Positions 50,298-59,749 of a DNA stretch of 64,000 nt are shown here, piece after piece. Positions within the stretch are counted from its first letter, which is position 1. Each line of letters starts with the position of its first letter. A program made the translations under genes and the position numbers. Source of the DNA: an uncultured delta proteobacterium (GTDB taxonomy: Bacteria; Desulfobacterota; Binatia; UBA9968). The stretch spans positions 224,001 to 288,000 of the forward strand of contig CAVYTU010000015.1 in the NCBI GenBank assembly GCA_963771465.1, written 5' to 3'. The notes beneath the pieces were generated by a model, which saw only the letters and a program-made list of their open reading frames with translations, made no database searches and was not told the origin of the DNA.

Positions 50298-51218
50298 TTA
50301 ACTCACCATCTCGGGCGAAGCGCGCAGCAACGCATCGATGCTGAACTGGCGGTTTTCCACCTGCTCGCGCAGATGGTGCAGGTCCTCGCGATATTTGAAT
50401 ACACAGCCCATGGTTTCGACCACCGAACGATCATCCAACTGTTTGCGGTTGAGAGCGATCAGAGCCGACGCCCAGTCAAGAGTCTCGGCGACACCTGGCC
50501 GTTTGTAGAAATTCATCTCGCGCACTTTTTGCATGAAAGCGCAGATCTGCTGCGCCATCTTGCTTTCCACTTCGGGAAATTTGGTCGTGATGATCTCATA
50601 TTCCTTGTCGAAGGTCGGATATTCGATCCAATGATACAGACAGCGGCGCTTGAGCGCGTCGTGAATTTCCCGGGTCCGGTTGGAAGTCAAAAACACGTAG
50701 GGACGATGCTTCGCCGCGATCGTGCCGAGCTCGGGAATGGTGATTTGAAAGTCGGACAGCACTTCGAGCAAAAACGCTTCGAACTCCATATCGGCGCGGT
50801 CGATTTCGTCGATCAGCAGCACCGGCGGATTGGCGTCCTCGCTTTGGATCGCATCGAGCAAGGGCCTTTTGACTAGGTAATCCTGGGTAAAAATTTCGGT
50901 CTCGACTTGCTTCTTGTCGCCATGCTCGATCTCTTCGAGCTTGATATGAAGCATCTGCTTGGGGTAGTTCCATTCGTAGAGCGCCGTGTTGGCGTCGAGT
51001 CCTTCGTAACATTGCAAGCGAATCAGCCTGGAGCCCAGCACTTTGGACAGCACTTTGGCGATCTCGGTTTTGCCGACACCCGCCTCGCCCTCGAGCAGGA
51101 GCGGCTTGCCCATCACCAGGGAAAGATAAACCACCGTCGCCAAGGCGCGGTCGCAGACATATTTTTCCTTTAGCAGTATTTCTTGAACTAGCTCGATGGT
51201 CAGTTGTTGTGGATTCAC
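50298..51218 (-). CDS. CoxD-like MoxR AAA+ ATPase
   Basis: LEGEAGVGKTE, RLQCYEGLD, LLIDEIDRAD, TSNRTREIHDALKRRC and PGVAETLDWA motifs. Confidence 0.94.
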   Translation of the reverse strand: MNPQQLTIELVQEILLKEKYVCDRALATVVYLSLVMGKPLLLEGEAGVGKTEIAKVLSKVLGSRLIRLQCYEGLDANTALYEWNYPKQMLHIKLEEIEHGDKKQVETEIFTQDYLVKRPLLDAIQSEDANPPVLLIDEIDRADMEFEAFLLEVLSDFQITIPELGTIAAKHRPYVFLTSNRTREIHDALKRRCLYHWIEYPTFDKEYEIITTKFPEVESKMAQQICAFMQKVREMNFYKRPGVAETLDWASALIALNRKQLDDRSVVETMGCVFKYREDLHHLREQVENRQFSIDALLRASPEMVS

Positions 51219-51509
51219 GCTCGCCTCACTGGTTAATTGACTCGCTCGCTGGTCCCCTGGCAGGATTTTTCAGCCTCTGAATGAGGGAAAATCGCCTCGA
51301 CAACCCCTCCGCCAATGGTCCTAACCTTGCCCGAAATCGTGTCACAATACTCCGTTTCAAACCCCGGATCAACGCGCTAACCTTCACGCCGGCGCCGATC
51401 CTAATACCGCTGAGATGCGCCGTTCTCCTCGCCATCTCGCCGCCGTCCGTGGGATTCGCTATCATCGTCTGCCCTACTCAATAACATCATAACAAAGCAG
51501 ATCGAGTTA

Positions 51510-51543
51510 ACAAAACGGCCGCGCGCGAAGAAACGCGGGCCGA
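51510..51543 (-). terminator. Possible intrinsic terminator after the secretin gene
   Basis: Minus strand CGGCCCGCG-TTTCTT-CGCGCGCGGCCG-TTTTGT, an imperfect GC hairpin plus T tract. Confidence 0.4.
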
Positions 51544-51617
51544 GCCAGGTGAAGTCTACAGCGGAATCTGAACGAGGTTTTTGAAAATGCCGGAACTAAC
51601 GCGGGATCATTGGGCGA

Positions 51618-53396
51618 CTAGTTAAGCGCGACGTAAGCCCGTTGAAATTGCCGGTTGGCGGCTAAAGCTTTTTGCAATTCGCTGGCGTCACGGTGATTTT
51701 CGAACCGGCCAATCCGGACTCGATGCCAGATCTTTCCCTCTCCTTGAAAGGTCATTACATAAGCTTGGTAACCAGTTCTGCGCAGCTGGTCGGCGACCGA
51801 CTCCGCCAACTTGTTTTCCGCCAAGGCCGCCACTTGCACCGCCCAAATTCGATTCTGTTTTGGTTGCGTTGGCGGCGGCTTGGGTTGATTGGCAACTCTG
51901 CGAATCGGTCCGACGGGCACCGGCGCGAAGGACAGGGCGTAGAGTGGCTGCGCCGGCGATTGCCCTTCGCTAGGAGGTTCGGGATTTTGATCACGCCCGA
52001 GTTGACCATAGCTACGATTTTCGCCAACTCTGAGACTCTGGGTTTCCAGCCGTTGGCGCAGCAAGTCACCGTTTATTTCGCCCGCTACCAGACCGTAATT
52101 GGTAAATGCGTTCACGTACCCCGGTGCCGGCGCCAGCGACGCACCACGGTCAGGGACCACGGCGCTAGGCGCAGGCTGCGGTGGTATTGGCGGCACCAAG
52201 TCGGGATTAGGCATTGGCGGCGGCTCGACCGCAGATCGTTTGGGCTGCGATTTGGCGCGCTCGCGGGCCTCGCGCTCGAGCTCGTTGCGCAGGTTGGCCA
52301 GGCTATTTTTGAATTCTTCCGACACGTTCCGCGCTTCGTCGCGGCCGCGAATCACTCGCGGACTAATCATCATGATCAATTCGGTGCGTTCGCTGGTGTC
52401 GGTGGTCGTGCGAAAGAATCGACCGATCACCGGAATATCCATGAGATAGGGAACTCCCGAACGCGTCTGGTTCTTACCGTCGGTAATGATACCGCCGATA
52501 ACCAGCGTATCACCGTCTTGCACCACCGCGGTGGTTTCGGCTATACGACTATCGAAGGCGGGGAACGTATCCTGCCCCACTTCGACATTTTTCTCACGTC
52601 TTTGACTCACTTCGGCGAGGATCTGTAGATTGACCAATCCCTGAGAATTAACCTGCGGAATGATCGTCACGATTCGACCGGTATTGCGATATTGGATGCT
52701 GGTGCTGTTAGCGACCCCGCCAACGGCCTGTGAAATCGTGCCGGTGGCAATCGGCTCCTCAGTGCCTACTTGAATGCGCGCGGGCCGGTTGTCCGTGGCT
52801 AAGATCGACGGCGTCGACAGCACCCGGAAGCGCGCATCCGACTGCAAGGCATTGATGAATGCTCTGATGTCCTTGCCGCCAAAAATGCCGCTGACACCGC
52901 CGCCGAACGTATTGTTGGTTGGAAATAGCTCGCCGAGCGTTCGGATGGCGCCGGCTGAGCCAAATTTTTGACCAAAGATGCTACTGGGAAAATTTTTCGC
53001 TATCTCGTAATCGACGCCGAGCGACTGATTATCCGAAAGCGTCACCTCGGCCACCATCACATCGAGCAGCACCTGACGCGGAATGGCGTCGAGGTCTTTG
53101 AGAATATTTTTTATGTTCTGGAATTCCTGTGCCGTCCCGTAGACGATCAACGAATTGGTCGCCGGGTCGGCGACGATGCGCAATTGCTCTTGCTGCTGCG
53201 CCGGTTGCGTTTGACCTGCTGGCCGGGCCACGCCCGGAGCCTGCGGCTGCGCCGGCTGCGGCGCGACGATCGCCGGCGGCTGGACTTGACCGGGCACGGG
53301 CACGGTGGCGAAAGCGCCGCTGGGATTTTGAATTTGCGCTTCAGCTAAAGCCGCGCCACCGAACCAAATAACCATCACTGCGGTGCAAATTTTCAT
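51618..53396 (-). CDS. gspD: Type II secretion secretin, C-terminal part (own signal peptide, second half of N3, secretin domain, Pro-rich linker, SPOR domain)
   Basis: MKICTAVMVIWFGGAALAEA-Q; LRIVADPATNSLIV; PRQVLLDVMVAEV; VLSTPSI; LVIGGII...GVPYLMDIPVIGRFF...TELIMMISPRVI; C-terminal WAVQVAAL...WHRVRIGRF. Confidence 0.92.
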   Translation of the reverse strand: MKICTAVMVIWFGGAALAEAQIQNPSGAFATVPVPGQVQPPAIVAPQPAQPQAPGVARPAGQTQPAQQQEQLRIVADPATNSLIVYGTAQEFQNIKNILKDLDAIPRQVLLDVMVAEVTLSDNQSLGVDYEIAKNFPSSIFGQKFGSAGAIRTLGELFPTNNTFGGGVSGIFGGKDIRAFINALQSDARFRVLSTPSILATDNRPARIQVGTEEPIATGTISQAVGGVANSTSIQYRNTGRIVTIIPQVNSQGLVNLQILAEVSQRREKNVEVGQDTFPAFDSRIAETTAVVQDGDTLVIGGIITDGKNQTRSGVPYLMDIPVIGRFFRTTTDTSERTELIMMISPRVIRGRDEARNVSEEFKNSLANLRNELEREARERAKSQPKRSAVEPPPMPNPDLVPPIPPQPAPSAVVPDRGASLAPAPGYVNAFTNYGLVAGEINGDLLRQRLETQSLRVGENRSYGQLGRDQNPEPPSEGQSPAQPLYALSFAPVPVGPIRRVANQPKPPPTQPKQNRIWAVQVAALAENKLAESVADQLRRTGYQAYVMTFQGEGKIWHRVRIGRFENHRDASELQKALAANRQFQRAYVALN

Positions 53397-54748
53397 CGTA
53401 TCTGCCCCTGACCCTGATTGTATCCCGGACCGAACTGACCGCTTGTGCCGGATTGTCCTGAGCCGCCAAATTGGCCTGGGTTGCCAAATTGGCCGCCCCC
53501 AGTCCCAGCCGATGAGCGGTGTAAGTTCTGCAATGTTTGGTAGTTACTTCTTCCACCGCTCGAAGCCTGACCCAGCGCCTGATTGAGCACGTCGGCTAGA
53601 TCGGTCGCTTTGCCATTCTCCACGGGATAAATAAATATTCGCCGTCCCGGTCCCTGGGCGATCACATCGATGCGATCGAGCCAACGTTTAGTATACGTCC
53701 AAGCGGCTTCACTATGGCTGATCACCAAGAGCTGATTGATTCGCGGCAGCGGGATGAATTGCGCGGTAAAGGTATCGGTCTGCGGCGTTGACGCGGCAAA
53801 TGATTGCATCACTTTGGTCATTTCCACCGCCAGTTCCTCGGCGCTGGCAATCTTAGGCTGGTAGATCTCCATGCGCGTGCCGGCGAACACTTGGACGTCG
53901 ATCAAATCGGCGATTTCGACCAGCCGCTGAATATTCGCCGGAATGTCCATGACCACGAGAAAGTTTCCGCGCGGGTTATCGATAATCTCGGCGCCCGGCT
54001 GAAGAAATGGGGTCAGCACTTTTTTCATCTCTGATACTGAGAAAAATCGCACCGGGATGATTTGCAGGGCAAAGCTGTCTTCGCGGTTTTGTCCCACCGG
54101 CCGGGCCAAGCCTTTGCCGTCCTTGATCGGCATAATGTGATAGAGGTTGCCGGTGCGCACCGCCACCGCGCCGTTCATACGTAACAGCTGATGAAATATC
54201 GGCAATAGATCTTCTGCGCGTAACGGTTCAGCGCTGTTGATCGTGACCGTGCCTTTGACCTCGGGATCAATAGTGTAAGTGAGTCGAAGCTGCTGCGCGA
54301 TGATATGGATGATTTCAACCAAATCCGCGCGATTAAAATTGAGCGAAACCATCCCGCCTGAAGGAATCGACGGTGGCTGGGACAAACGTCGCGGCGGCAA
54401 GGGCGGCTGGGGTGCCGTTGGCGGCGCAGCTCTCTCTGCCGCGCCGGGTAGCGGTTGCAGTAGCTGAGGAGGATCAGGTTGCGGCGCCGCAACTGGCGTC
54501 GGTGTCTGGGCTTGCGTCGTACCTGGCTGCGACCCTAGAAACCCTGGAGGTTGCGTCGGAGCGGGAATACGCCGCGGAATGACCGGGGTGCGCCCGACCG
54601 GGGGAGTTGTTGAATCACTCGGCGGCGCGGGCTGAGATGCACTTGGATTAGATTGCGCTGGCGCCGGGGATTGCTGCGCCGTCAACGGAGTGATCGACGT
54701 CAATACGTAAGCCGCGGCAGCACAGCTCATTAGCCATTTTTCCGACAT
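53393..54748 (-). CDS. gspD: Type II secretion secretin, N-terminal part (signal peptide, Pro-rich region, N0-N1-N2, first half of N3, G/Q repeats)
   Basis: VSLNFNRADL, DPEVKGTVTI, IIPVRF, PRINQLLVI and IFIYPVENGKATDLADVLNQ, then a GQFG repeat tail and stop. Confidence 0.9.
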   Translation of the reverse strand: MSEKWLMSCAAAAYVLTSITPLTAQQSPAPAQSNPSASQPAPPSDSTTPPVGRTPVIPRRIPAPTQPPGFLGSQPGTTQAQTPTPVAAPQPDPPQLLQPLPGAAERAAPPTAPQPPLPPRRLSQPPSIPSGGMVSLNFNRADLVEIIHIIAQQLRLTYTIDPEVKGTVTINSAEPLRAEDLLPIFHQLLRMNGAVAVRTGNLYHIMPIKDGKGLARPVGQNREDSFALQIIPVRFFSVSEMKKVLTPFLQPGAEIIDNPRGNFLVVMDIPANIQRLVEIADLIDVQVFAGTRMEIYQPKIASAEELAVEMTKVMQSFAASTPQTDTFTAQFIPLPRINQLLVISHSEAAWTYTKRWLDRIDVIAQGPGRRIFIYPVENGKATDLADVLNQALGQASSGGRSNYQTLQNLHRSSAGTGGGQFGNPGQFGGSGQSGTSGQFGPGYNQGQGQIR

Positions 54749-54764
54749 CTATGCATCCTCCACC

Positions 54765-55418
54765 TCATGAATCAGAACTAGGGCTTCCCGGCACCGGAAT
54801 TCGACCGCGTCGCGGCAGATTGGGGAGAACCCGGGGGACCGGTGCCACAGTCGGCGGCGCCGGTACTTGACCGGGAATGGCTGCTGGCCCCGGTGGTAAT
54901 TGACCAGGAGCGGCAACCCGCGGCGGCGCCGTTTCAACTTTGCGAAAATAATCCAACAAGACCTCGACCCGCGCCGCATCCTTGGAGAACACCACGCGCC
55001 TGTCGGCGATCTCCGCCAATCTAAACCCTTCTAAATTGTCGCCAACTTTGAGCCGCATCACTGAAGCGGGCTGGCTGGGAAGGCGCGGCGTGCCGCTGGA
55101 CACCGGTCCATCTTGCAAAATGGCAACGCGATCGTTGCCGACGATAACTGTGCCCACTAAAATCATGCCGCGCACCCGTTGAAACGCGCGCGAGCTTTCT
55201 TCCGCCTCGCGCGTCGCGCTGGCGCCCCGTTCGGGATCGAATAGGTTTTTACTGACGATCATATCCGTATTCACCGGCGGTTTAGCTGCCGTGGCTGGCG
55301 ATTTTTCGGTGCTGCCAGCGAGATCGCGCCGCTTCGATCCAGTGGGTAGGTCCCAGGGGCCTTCATGCCACGAGCGATAAGCGCTCCATGCGAGCAAGCC
55401 GATGGCAACAACAAACAA
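54765..55418 (-). CDS. GspC-like type II secretion accessory protein (no PDZ, Pro-rich tail)
   Basis: N-terminal TM; NLFDPER, LVGTVIVG...AIL and LKVGDNLEGFRLAEI..RRVV; position before gspD. Start approximate. Confidence 0.7.
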   Translation of the reverse strand: MFVVAIGLLAWSAYRSWHEGPWDLPTGSKRRDLAGSTEKSPATAAKPPVNTDMIVSKNLFDPERGASATREAEESSRAFQRVRGMILVGTVIVGNDRVAILQDGPVSSGTPRLPSQPASVMRLKVGDNLEGFRLAEIADRRVVFSKDAARVEVLLDYFRKVETAPPRVAAPGQLPPGPAAIPGQVPAPPTVAPVPRVLPNLPRRGRIPVPGSPSSDS

Positions 55419-55618
55419 GACACTTACGAGTGATGATCGCCCGAGAATAAAACTTCTCCGTCAACCCATTCCAACTGCACTCAATAAAACAGGCTCAACT
55501 TACTATCTCGATGATGGACCGTCAAATTAGTGCGGAAATCATACAGTTTCGCTTCAAGTTTAGAAATAATATTTGTGAACGGCGAGCATAACAGCATTAA
55601 CGTCAGCCCCCTCGCAGT

Positions 55619-56287
55619 CTAGACCGGCTTCTCGTCGGCCGCCTTTGCCGGCTTGCCGGAATTGCTGCTCGGCGCAGCCACCGCTGGCTGCACCCGCGCA
55701 AAACCGGTTACGGTTAGGCTGATCCGTAAGTTCTGAGTGTTGACCTGAGGCACGCCTTGGGGCTGGGGAAAACCCAGCGGCCGAAATAATGAACGGACGT
55801 TGACCTCATCGATGACCAACAGTTTCGGTGCGGTCTCGATGCCGCGTATCAGATTAGCCACCTGCTGGATCTGGCCGCCGATCTCGAGCTGAATGCCAAT
55901 TTTAGAAAACGAGCCGGCCGGTTCGGGATTGAGCACACGCGTGGTAATCACCTGCGTCCCCTCCCGCGTTGCCAGCGCCTGAACCGTCTCTTGTAAATCG
56001 GAGGCGCTCACCGACGGCGTATCGCCGGTGAGCAAGCGCGGCTCCTGCGCCTTGATCTGACCACGCGCCGCTTCCAACGACCCCAACAACGCTTCTTTTT
56101 GGCCGAGGTAGCGGAGGTTTTTCTGCAACAATTGGGGTTGGCTCTCGAGCTGACTCTTGACCCATTCGCGGCGCTCGAGGAACGGCGTCACTGCGGCGTA
56201 CTTGCCGACGAACACGACAACAATCAGCAAGGTCAAGACAACTAAGCCGCGCTCGCGCTTGGACAGTCTCTGCCAGAACTTGCTCAT
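55619..56287 (-). CDS. gspM: Type II secretion protein M (GspM/PilO-like)
   Basis: WQRLSKRER, TM, coiled region and ferredoxin-like domain; follows gspL. Confidence 0.82.
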   Translation of the reverse strand: MSKFWQRLSKRERGLVVLTLLIVVVFVGKYAAVTPFLERREWVKSQLESQPQLLQKNLRYLGQKEALLGSLEAARGQIKAQEPRLLTGDTPSVSASDLQETVQALATREGTQVITTRVLNPEPAGSFSKIGIQLEIGGQIQQVANLIRGIETAPKLLVIDEVNVRSLFRPLGFPQPQGVPQVNTQNLRISLTVTGFARVQPAVAAPSSNSGKPAKAADEKPV

Positions 56288-57870
56288 GATTTGCTCTTGG
56301 TATCCTTCGCCGGTTCTTTGATCGGTTCCTTAGACGGTGCGCGGGCTGGTTCCTTGACCGCTTCTTTGACCGGCTCTTTGGTTTTTTCCAGCTCAGCCTT
56401 AAGCGAGAAGGTCTCGCGATTATCCCGGCCACGATTCGACGGCGCGTTAAATCCGACATTTTCAAATAAACTCGAACGCTCCAGGACTGGAATCAGCGCT
56501 GATGCGTTCTCGGCATTGCCTTGCACTTCGAGCACACCGGCGCGGTAGCGCAGGTTGGAAAAATAGGCGTTGCTCGGCACCACTTTGGACAATTCATCGA
56601 GGATACGCAGGACCTCGCCGCGACGCTGCTCGAAGCCGGTCAGAAAACCGGCTTCCTTACGCAACTGCTGCATTTGGTTCTCTTCTCTGCGCAGCGCTTC
56701 GATCGACGGTTCGAGTTTCTGGTTTTCCCGTTGCAGCTGGCGTAAGCGCAGCTCGTCCTTTACCGGAAAACTGACGCCCCAAGCAACCAGGCACAGCACG
56801 AACAGCCCGCACAGCACGCTATTGAGCATGGAGAGCGTCCGGTTGGCGCCATTAACACCGCCTTCGGGCCGTAAAAAGTTTGCCGCTAACGATGCTTCGC
56901 GGACGCCGCGCAGCGCCGCGCCGATGGCCGGCAAAGCCTCAACTTGATTAATTTGTCGGCCCGTTTTGAGCCGCGTCGCACCGCCGGCGACCAAATCCTC
57001 GGCCTGTGCCAACCGAGCATCAACTGCGCCATTCAAAGCCGTCAGTTCACCGCAACGAAAAACCTTCGGCACTTGACTTAAACATTCCTGCAACAACTCT
57101 TTGCCGCTGCCCTGGGCCCAGCCGTAGGCGGAGAATTGATGGGAGAAGAGCAGCTGGGGTGCGGGCTTCCAGCCGTTGGCTTTGGCACTGACGGCGATCA
57201 ATTCCCAATTCGAACGATGCGCGGCGACCAGTGCCGCGCTCTCGCCGCCGGCACCATTGGCAAAAAGCAAATAATTGGCCAGCGCCGACACCGTGGTCTC
57301 GACACCGCTTGGCTTAATTCCAAACGACTCGAGCAATGTCAGCAATCCGTCGAGAGCTTTCTTCGGCGTCGCAAATACATAAACGCAAAACTTCTCGCCT
57401 TTTTTACCGACGGGGAGAAAGTCGTAATAAATCTCGTCGCGTTTAAATGGCAACTGCCGTTCGATCTCGTATTCGAGCACCTGCTTGAGATTCTCTGCTG
57501 CCGCCAGCGGTAAAAATACCTGCTGCACGATGGTCTGCTCTTGCGGCACACAAACATAGACCGCATCCCGCGCCGGGTTAAAATGGGGTAAGAGCGAAAC
57601 CATCGCTTGGCGCAGCGCTCGGTCGCGCGAATCGTGTTCGGCCTTGAGTGCAATCTCTTTGACATCCTCGGCGACCCAACCGGTGAGCTCGGATATCGCT
57701 TGGCGATGATCGCCTTCAGGCAGTTCGCGATCTTCCAACTCGAGCATGGATAAACTGAGAAAGCTTTTTCGCAGCCGCACCATGACGACACGGTCGGTCA
57801 AAAAATAAAGCCCGACGCTGCGCAAGAAGTCGGCGCGGGTAAGATCTTGCAGTCGGTTGAGAGCGTTCAT
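56284..57870 (-). CDS. gspL: Type II secretion protein L (PilM-like N-domain plus PilN domain)
   Basis: LPLAAAENLKQVLEYEIERQLPF, one TM, and LDELSKVVP...VQGNAENASALI..LERS..FENV. Confidence 0.82.
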   Translation of the reverse strand: MNALNRLQDLTRADFLRSVGLYFLTDRVVMVRLRKSFLSLSMLELEDRELPEGDHRQAISELTGWVAEDVKEIALKAEHDSRDRALRQAMVSLLPHFNPARDAVYVCVPQEQTIVQQVFLPLAAAENLKQVLEYEIERQLPFKRDEIYYDFLPVGKKGEKFCVYVFATPKKALDGLLTLLESFGIKPSGVETTVSALANYLLFANGAGGESAALVAAHRSNWELIAVSAKANGWKPAPQLLFSHQFSAYGWAQGSGKELLQECLSQVPKVFRCGELTALNGAVDARLAQAEDLVAGGATRLKTGRQINQVEALPAIGAALRGVREASLAANFLRPEGGVNGANRTLSMLNSVLCGLFVLCLVAWGVSFPVKDELRLRQLQRENQKLEPSIEALRREENQMQQLRKEAGFLTGFEQRRGEVLRILDELSKVVPSNAYFSNLRYRAGVLEVQGNAENASALIPVLERSSLFENVGFNAPSNRGRDNRETFSLKAELEKTKEPVKEAVKEPARAPSKEPIKEPAKDTKSKS

Positions 57871-57932
57871 TCTATTTCAGAAGTAGCTGGCGCGGCACAT
57901 CGCCAGAACTTGGCGCCATTGTAGCTTATGAT

Positions 57933-58952
57933 CTAGCTTTTCGGTAGCGTAAAGTCACGATCGAGCCATCGTAGGAGTTCATAGCCCTGAGCGCCGCCGA
58001 GCCGGACGACGCCTTTAATCCGGCGCGGCATGCGCGCGTCCGCCAATTTTCCCTCGGATTCGACCGCCACGACCGTCGGATTGGTAAAAATAAACAGCTG
58101 CAGGGCCGGATCGCCGGAACCGATACCAAGCAGCGGTAGCAAATCAGCCAGAGTTTTTTCCGACGACTTTTTCCGCTCTTCGATAAAACTCCGGCATTTT
58201 TCCAGCGGGATTCCCATCACCGCATGGATCACCTCCGCCGACGCCGTGCGCAGATTGACCCGGTCGATGGGACTGTCAACGGTAAAAATATCTTTGAGCG
58301 CGATGCGCGGCGTGTTTTGCTCAGTTGATTGGCTCGCCGGCGCATAGCCAAAAAACAACTCCGAGGTCATCCCCCTGATCCAAAGCAAATCTTCGACGCT
58401 GTCGAGCGGACCGTTCTTCGCGCTGTACGACGGTGACTGGATTGAATAGTACTCGTTCTCGGCGCCGTTGATGCGGTGTAAATCGTCCGGGTCGCGCCAA
58501 TCCATGATCGAATCGACGAGCATATCTCGGCGCTGATCGTCCAGGCCGAGATTAGTCAATATCCGCCTGAGCGCCTCTTCGTTCACTCGGTTGATATTGA
58601 TTTTGCCGCCCTCGTCGACCAAACGGACGCGAAAGACACCGGCGCCAAAGTTTTCCTCGCGCCAACCGCCGTCGAAGAGATCGCGCTTATTCGGGTCGGG
58701 GAGTTGCGGCGTGCCACCGGGTTGCTGCTGGAGAAAATCGTAAAGGCCGCGCTGGAAGCCGGCTAGTGCCAGGTAATACCCCTGAGTCTCATCGCTAAAC
58801 CGCTGCGCCGCGGTCGCTTCCTCGCGCACCGAGGTGCTAAAATCGAAGGCGACCACGAAGAGAAAAATAAATATCCATAGAACCACGATCAGCGCCACGC
58901 CGCGCTGGTCGCCAAGTCTGCCCCGCGGATTGAAAATTGCCGCGGCGTTCAT
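57933..58952 (-). CDS. gspK: Minor pseudopilin K
   Basis: QRG-VALIVVLW, DEGGKININ, DSIMDWRDPD, GAENEYY and KNGPLDSVEDL motifs. Confidence 0.93.
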   Translation of the reverse strand: MNAAAIFNPRGRLGDQRGVALIVVLWIFIFLFVVAFDFSTSVREEATAAQRFSDETQGYYLALAGFQRGLYDFLQQQPGGTPQLPDPNKRDLFDGGWREENFGAGVFRVRLVDEGGKININRVNEEALRRILTNLGLDDQRRDMLVDSIMDWRDPDDLHRINGAENEYYSIQSPSYSAKNGPLDSVEDLLWIRGMTSELFFGYAPASQSTEQNTPRIALKDIFTVDSPIDRVNLRTASAEVIHAVMGIPLEKCRSFIEERKKSSEKTLADLLPLLGIGSGDPALQLFIFTNPTVVAVESEGKLADARMPRRIKGVVRLGGAQGYELLRWLDRDFTLPKS

Positions 58953-59749
58953 TGTGCCAGTACGCTCATCATCACGGGAAACGTCCAGCGCACCTCTTTG
59001 CCGCTATCGTTCAGATAGCTCAAGCGCACGGCGCGCGGCAAGATGCGCTTCTCTCTGCCATCCCATCGTTCTTGCCAATTCTCTTCTTCCGCCTGCGGGT
59101 CCAAGTAGGCTAAGCGGAACTCGCGAACGTTTTCCTGCATGACAACACTGTGACTCTGGCCCGACGAGTCGGCGTCAGAGTTTAGCCGCACCGGTGCGCT
59201 TTCCTCAAGCTTGAGCGCCGCCCGCCCGTCAGTCGCTTCGTCGACGACAATGCTGATTCGCGCCATGCCACGCCCACCCATCGCTTGCGAATAGGCCGAG
59301 ATAAACGTCAAGCTATCGATCTCGCCGTCAAAAAAAACGCTCTGATCTTGCGGCGAATCACGATATGGGAAGGTCGAACGAATGTAACTGCTGAGGAGAT
59401 CAGCGATGACGCGCTGTTTTTGATTGCGCGTGGAATTGGCATCCGATTTTGCCACCGCCGTATGGCTCAGCGAAAAGGCTCCGTAGAGAATCGCTCCCAT
59501 GAGCGCGAAGATCGATAGCGCCAGCACAACTTCGATGAGTGTAAAACCACCGGCTGCGGTCATCGATCGCGCGCCGCACCGGCGCCGATTATGCGGACCG
59601 CTAATCGCTGCGAAACCTAACCGAAGCCACTTCGCGGGCGGGGTATTGATCCCACCCTCGACCCAAGGGCATGCTCGTCCGCTTTGGAATCCCCATTTAA
59701 ATGGCTCCATGTTGCCAACAGCGTGGTCAACCAAATATTTAGGGCTCAC
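58949..59749 (-). CDS. gspJ: Minor pseudopilin J; alternative start at 59563
   Basis: G-FTLIEVVLAL prepilin motif; W...W...LPRAV C-terminus. Confidence 0.88.
   Translation of the reverse strand: MSPKYLVDHAVGNMEPFKWGFQSGRACPWVEGGINTPPAKWLRLGFAAISGPHNRRRCGARSMTAAGGFTLIEVVLALSIFALMGAILYGAFSLSHTAVAKSDANSTRNQKQRVIADLLSSYIRSTFPYRDSPQDQSVFFDGEIDSLTFISAYSQAMGGRGMARISIVVDEATDGRAALKLEESAPVRLNSDADSSGQSHSVVMQENVREFRLAYLDPQAEEENWQERWDGREKRILPRAVRLSYLNDSGKEVRWTFPVMMSVLAQ

Noticed and set aside
49077-51218. Evidence of aerobic CO oxidation from coxD/coxE-like genes
   Set aside because: No coxL with the AYXCSFR motif in the window; these accessory families also serve other Mo hydroxylases.
51226-51484. Short ORFs between coxD and the secretin gene
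   Set aside because: No recognisable motifs or convincing RBS; probably a promoter region.
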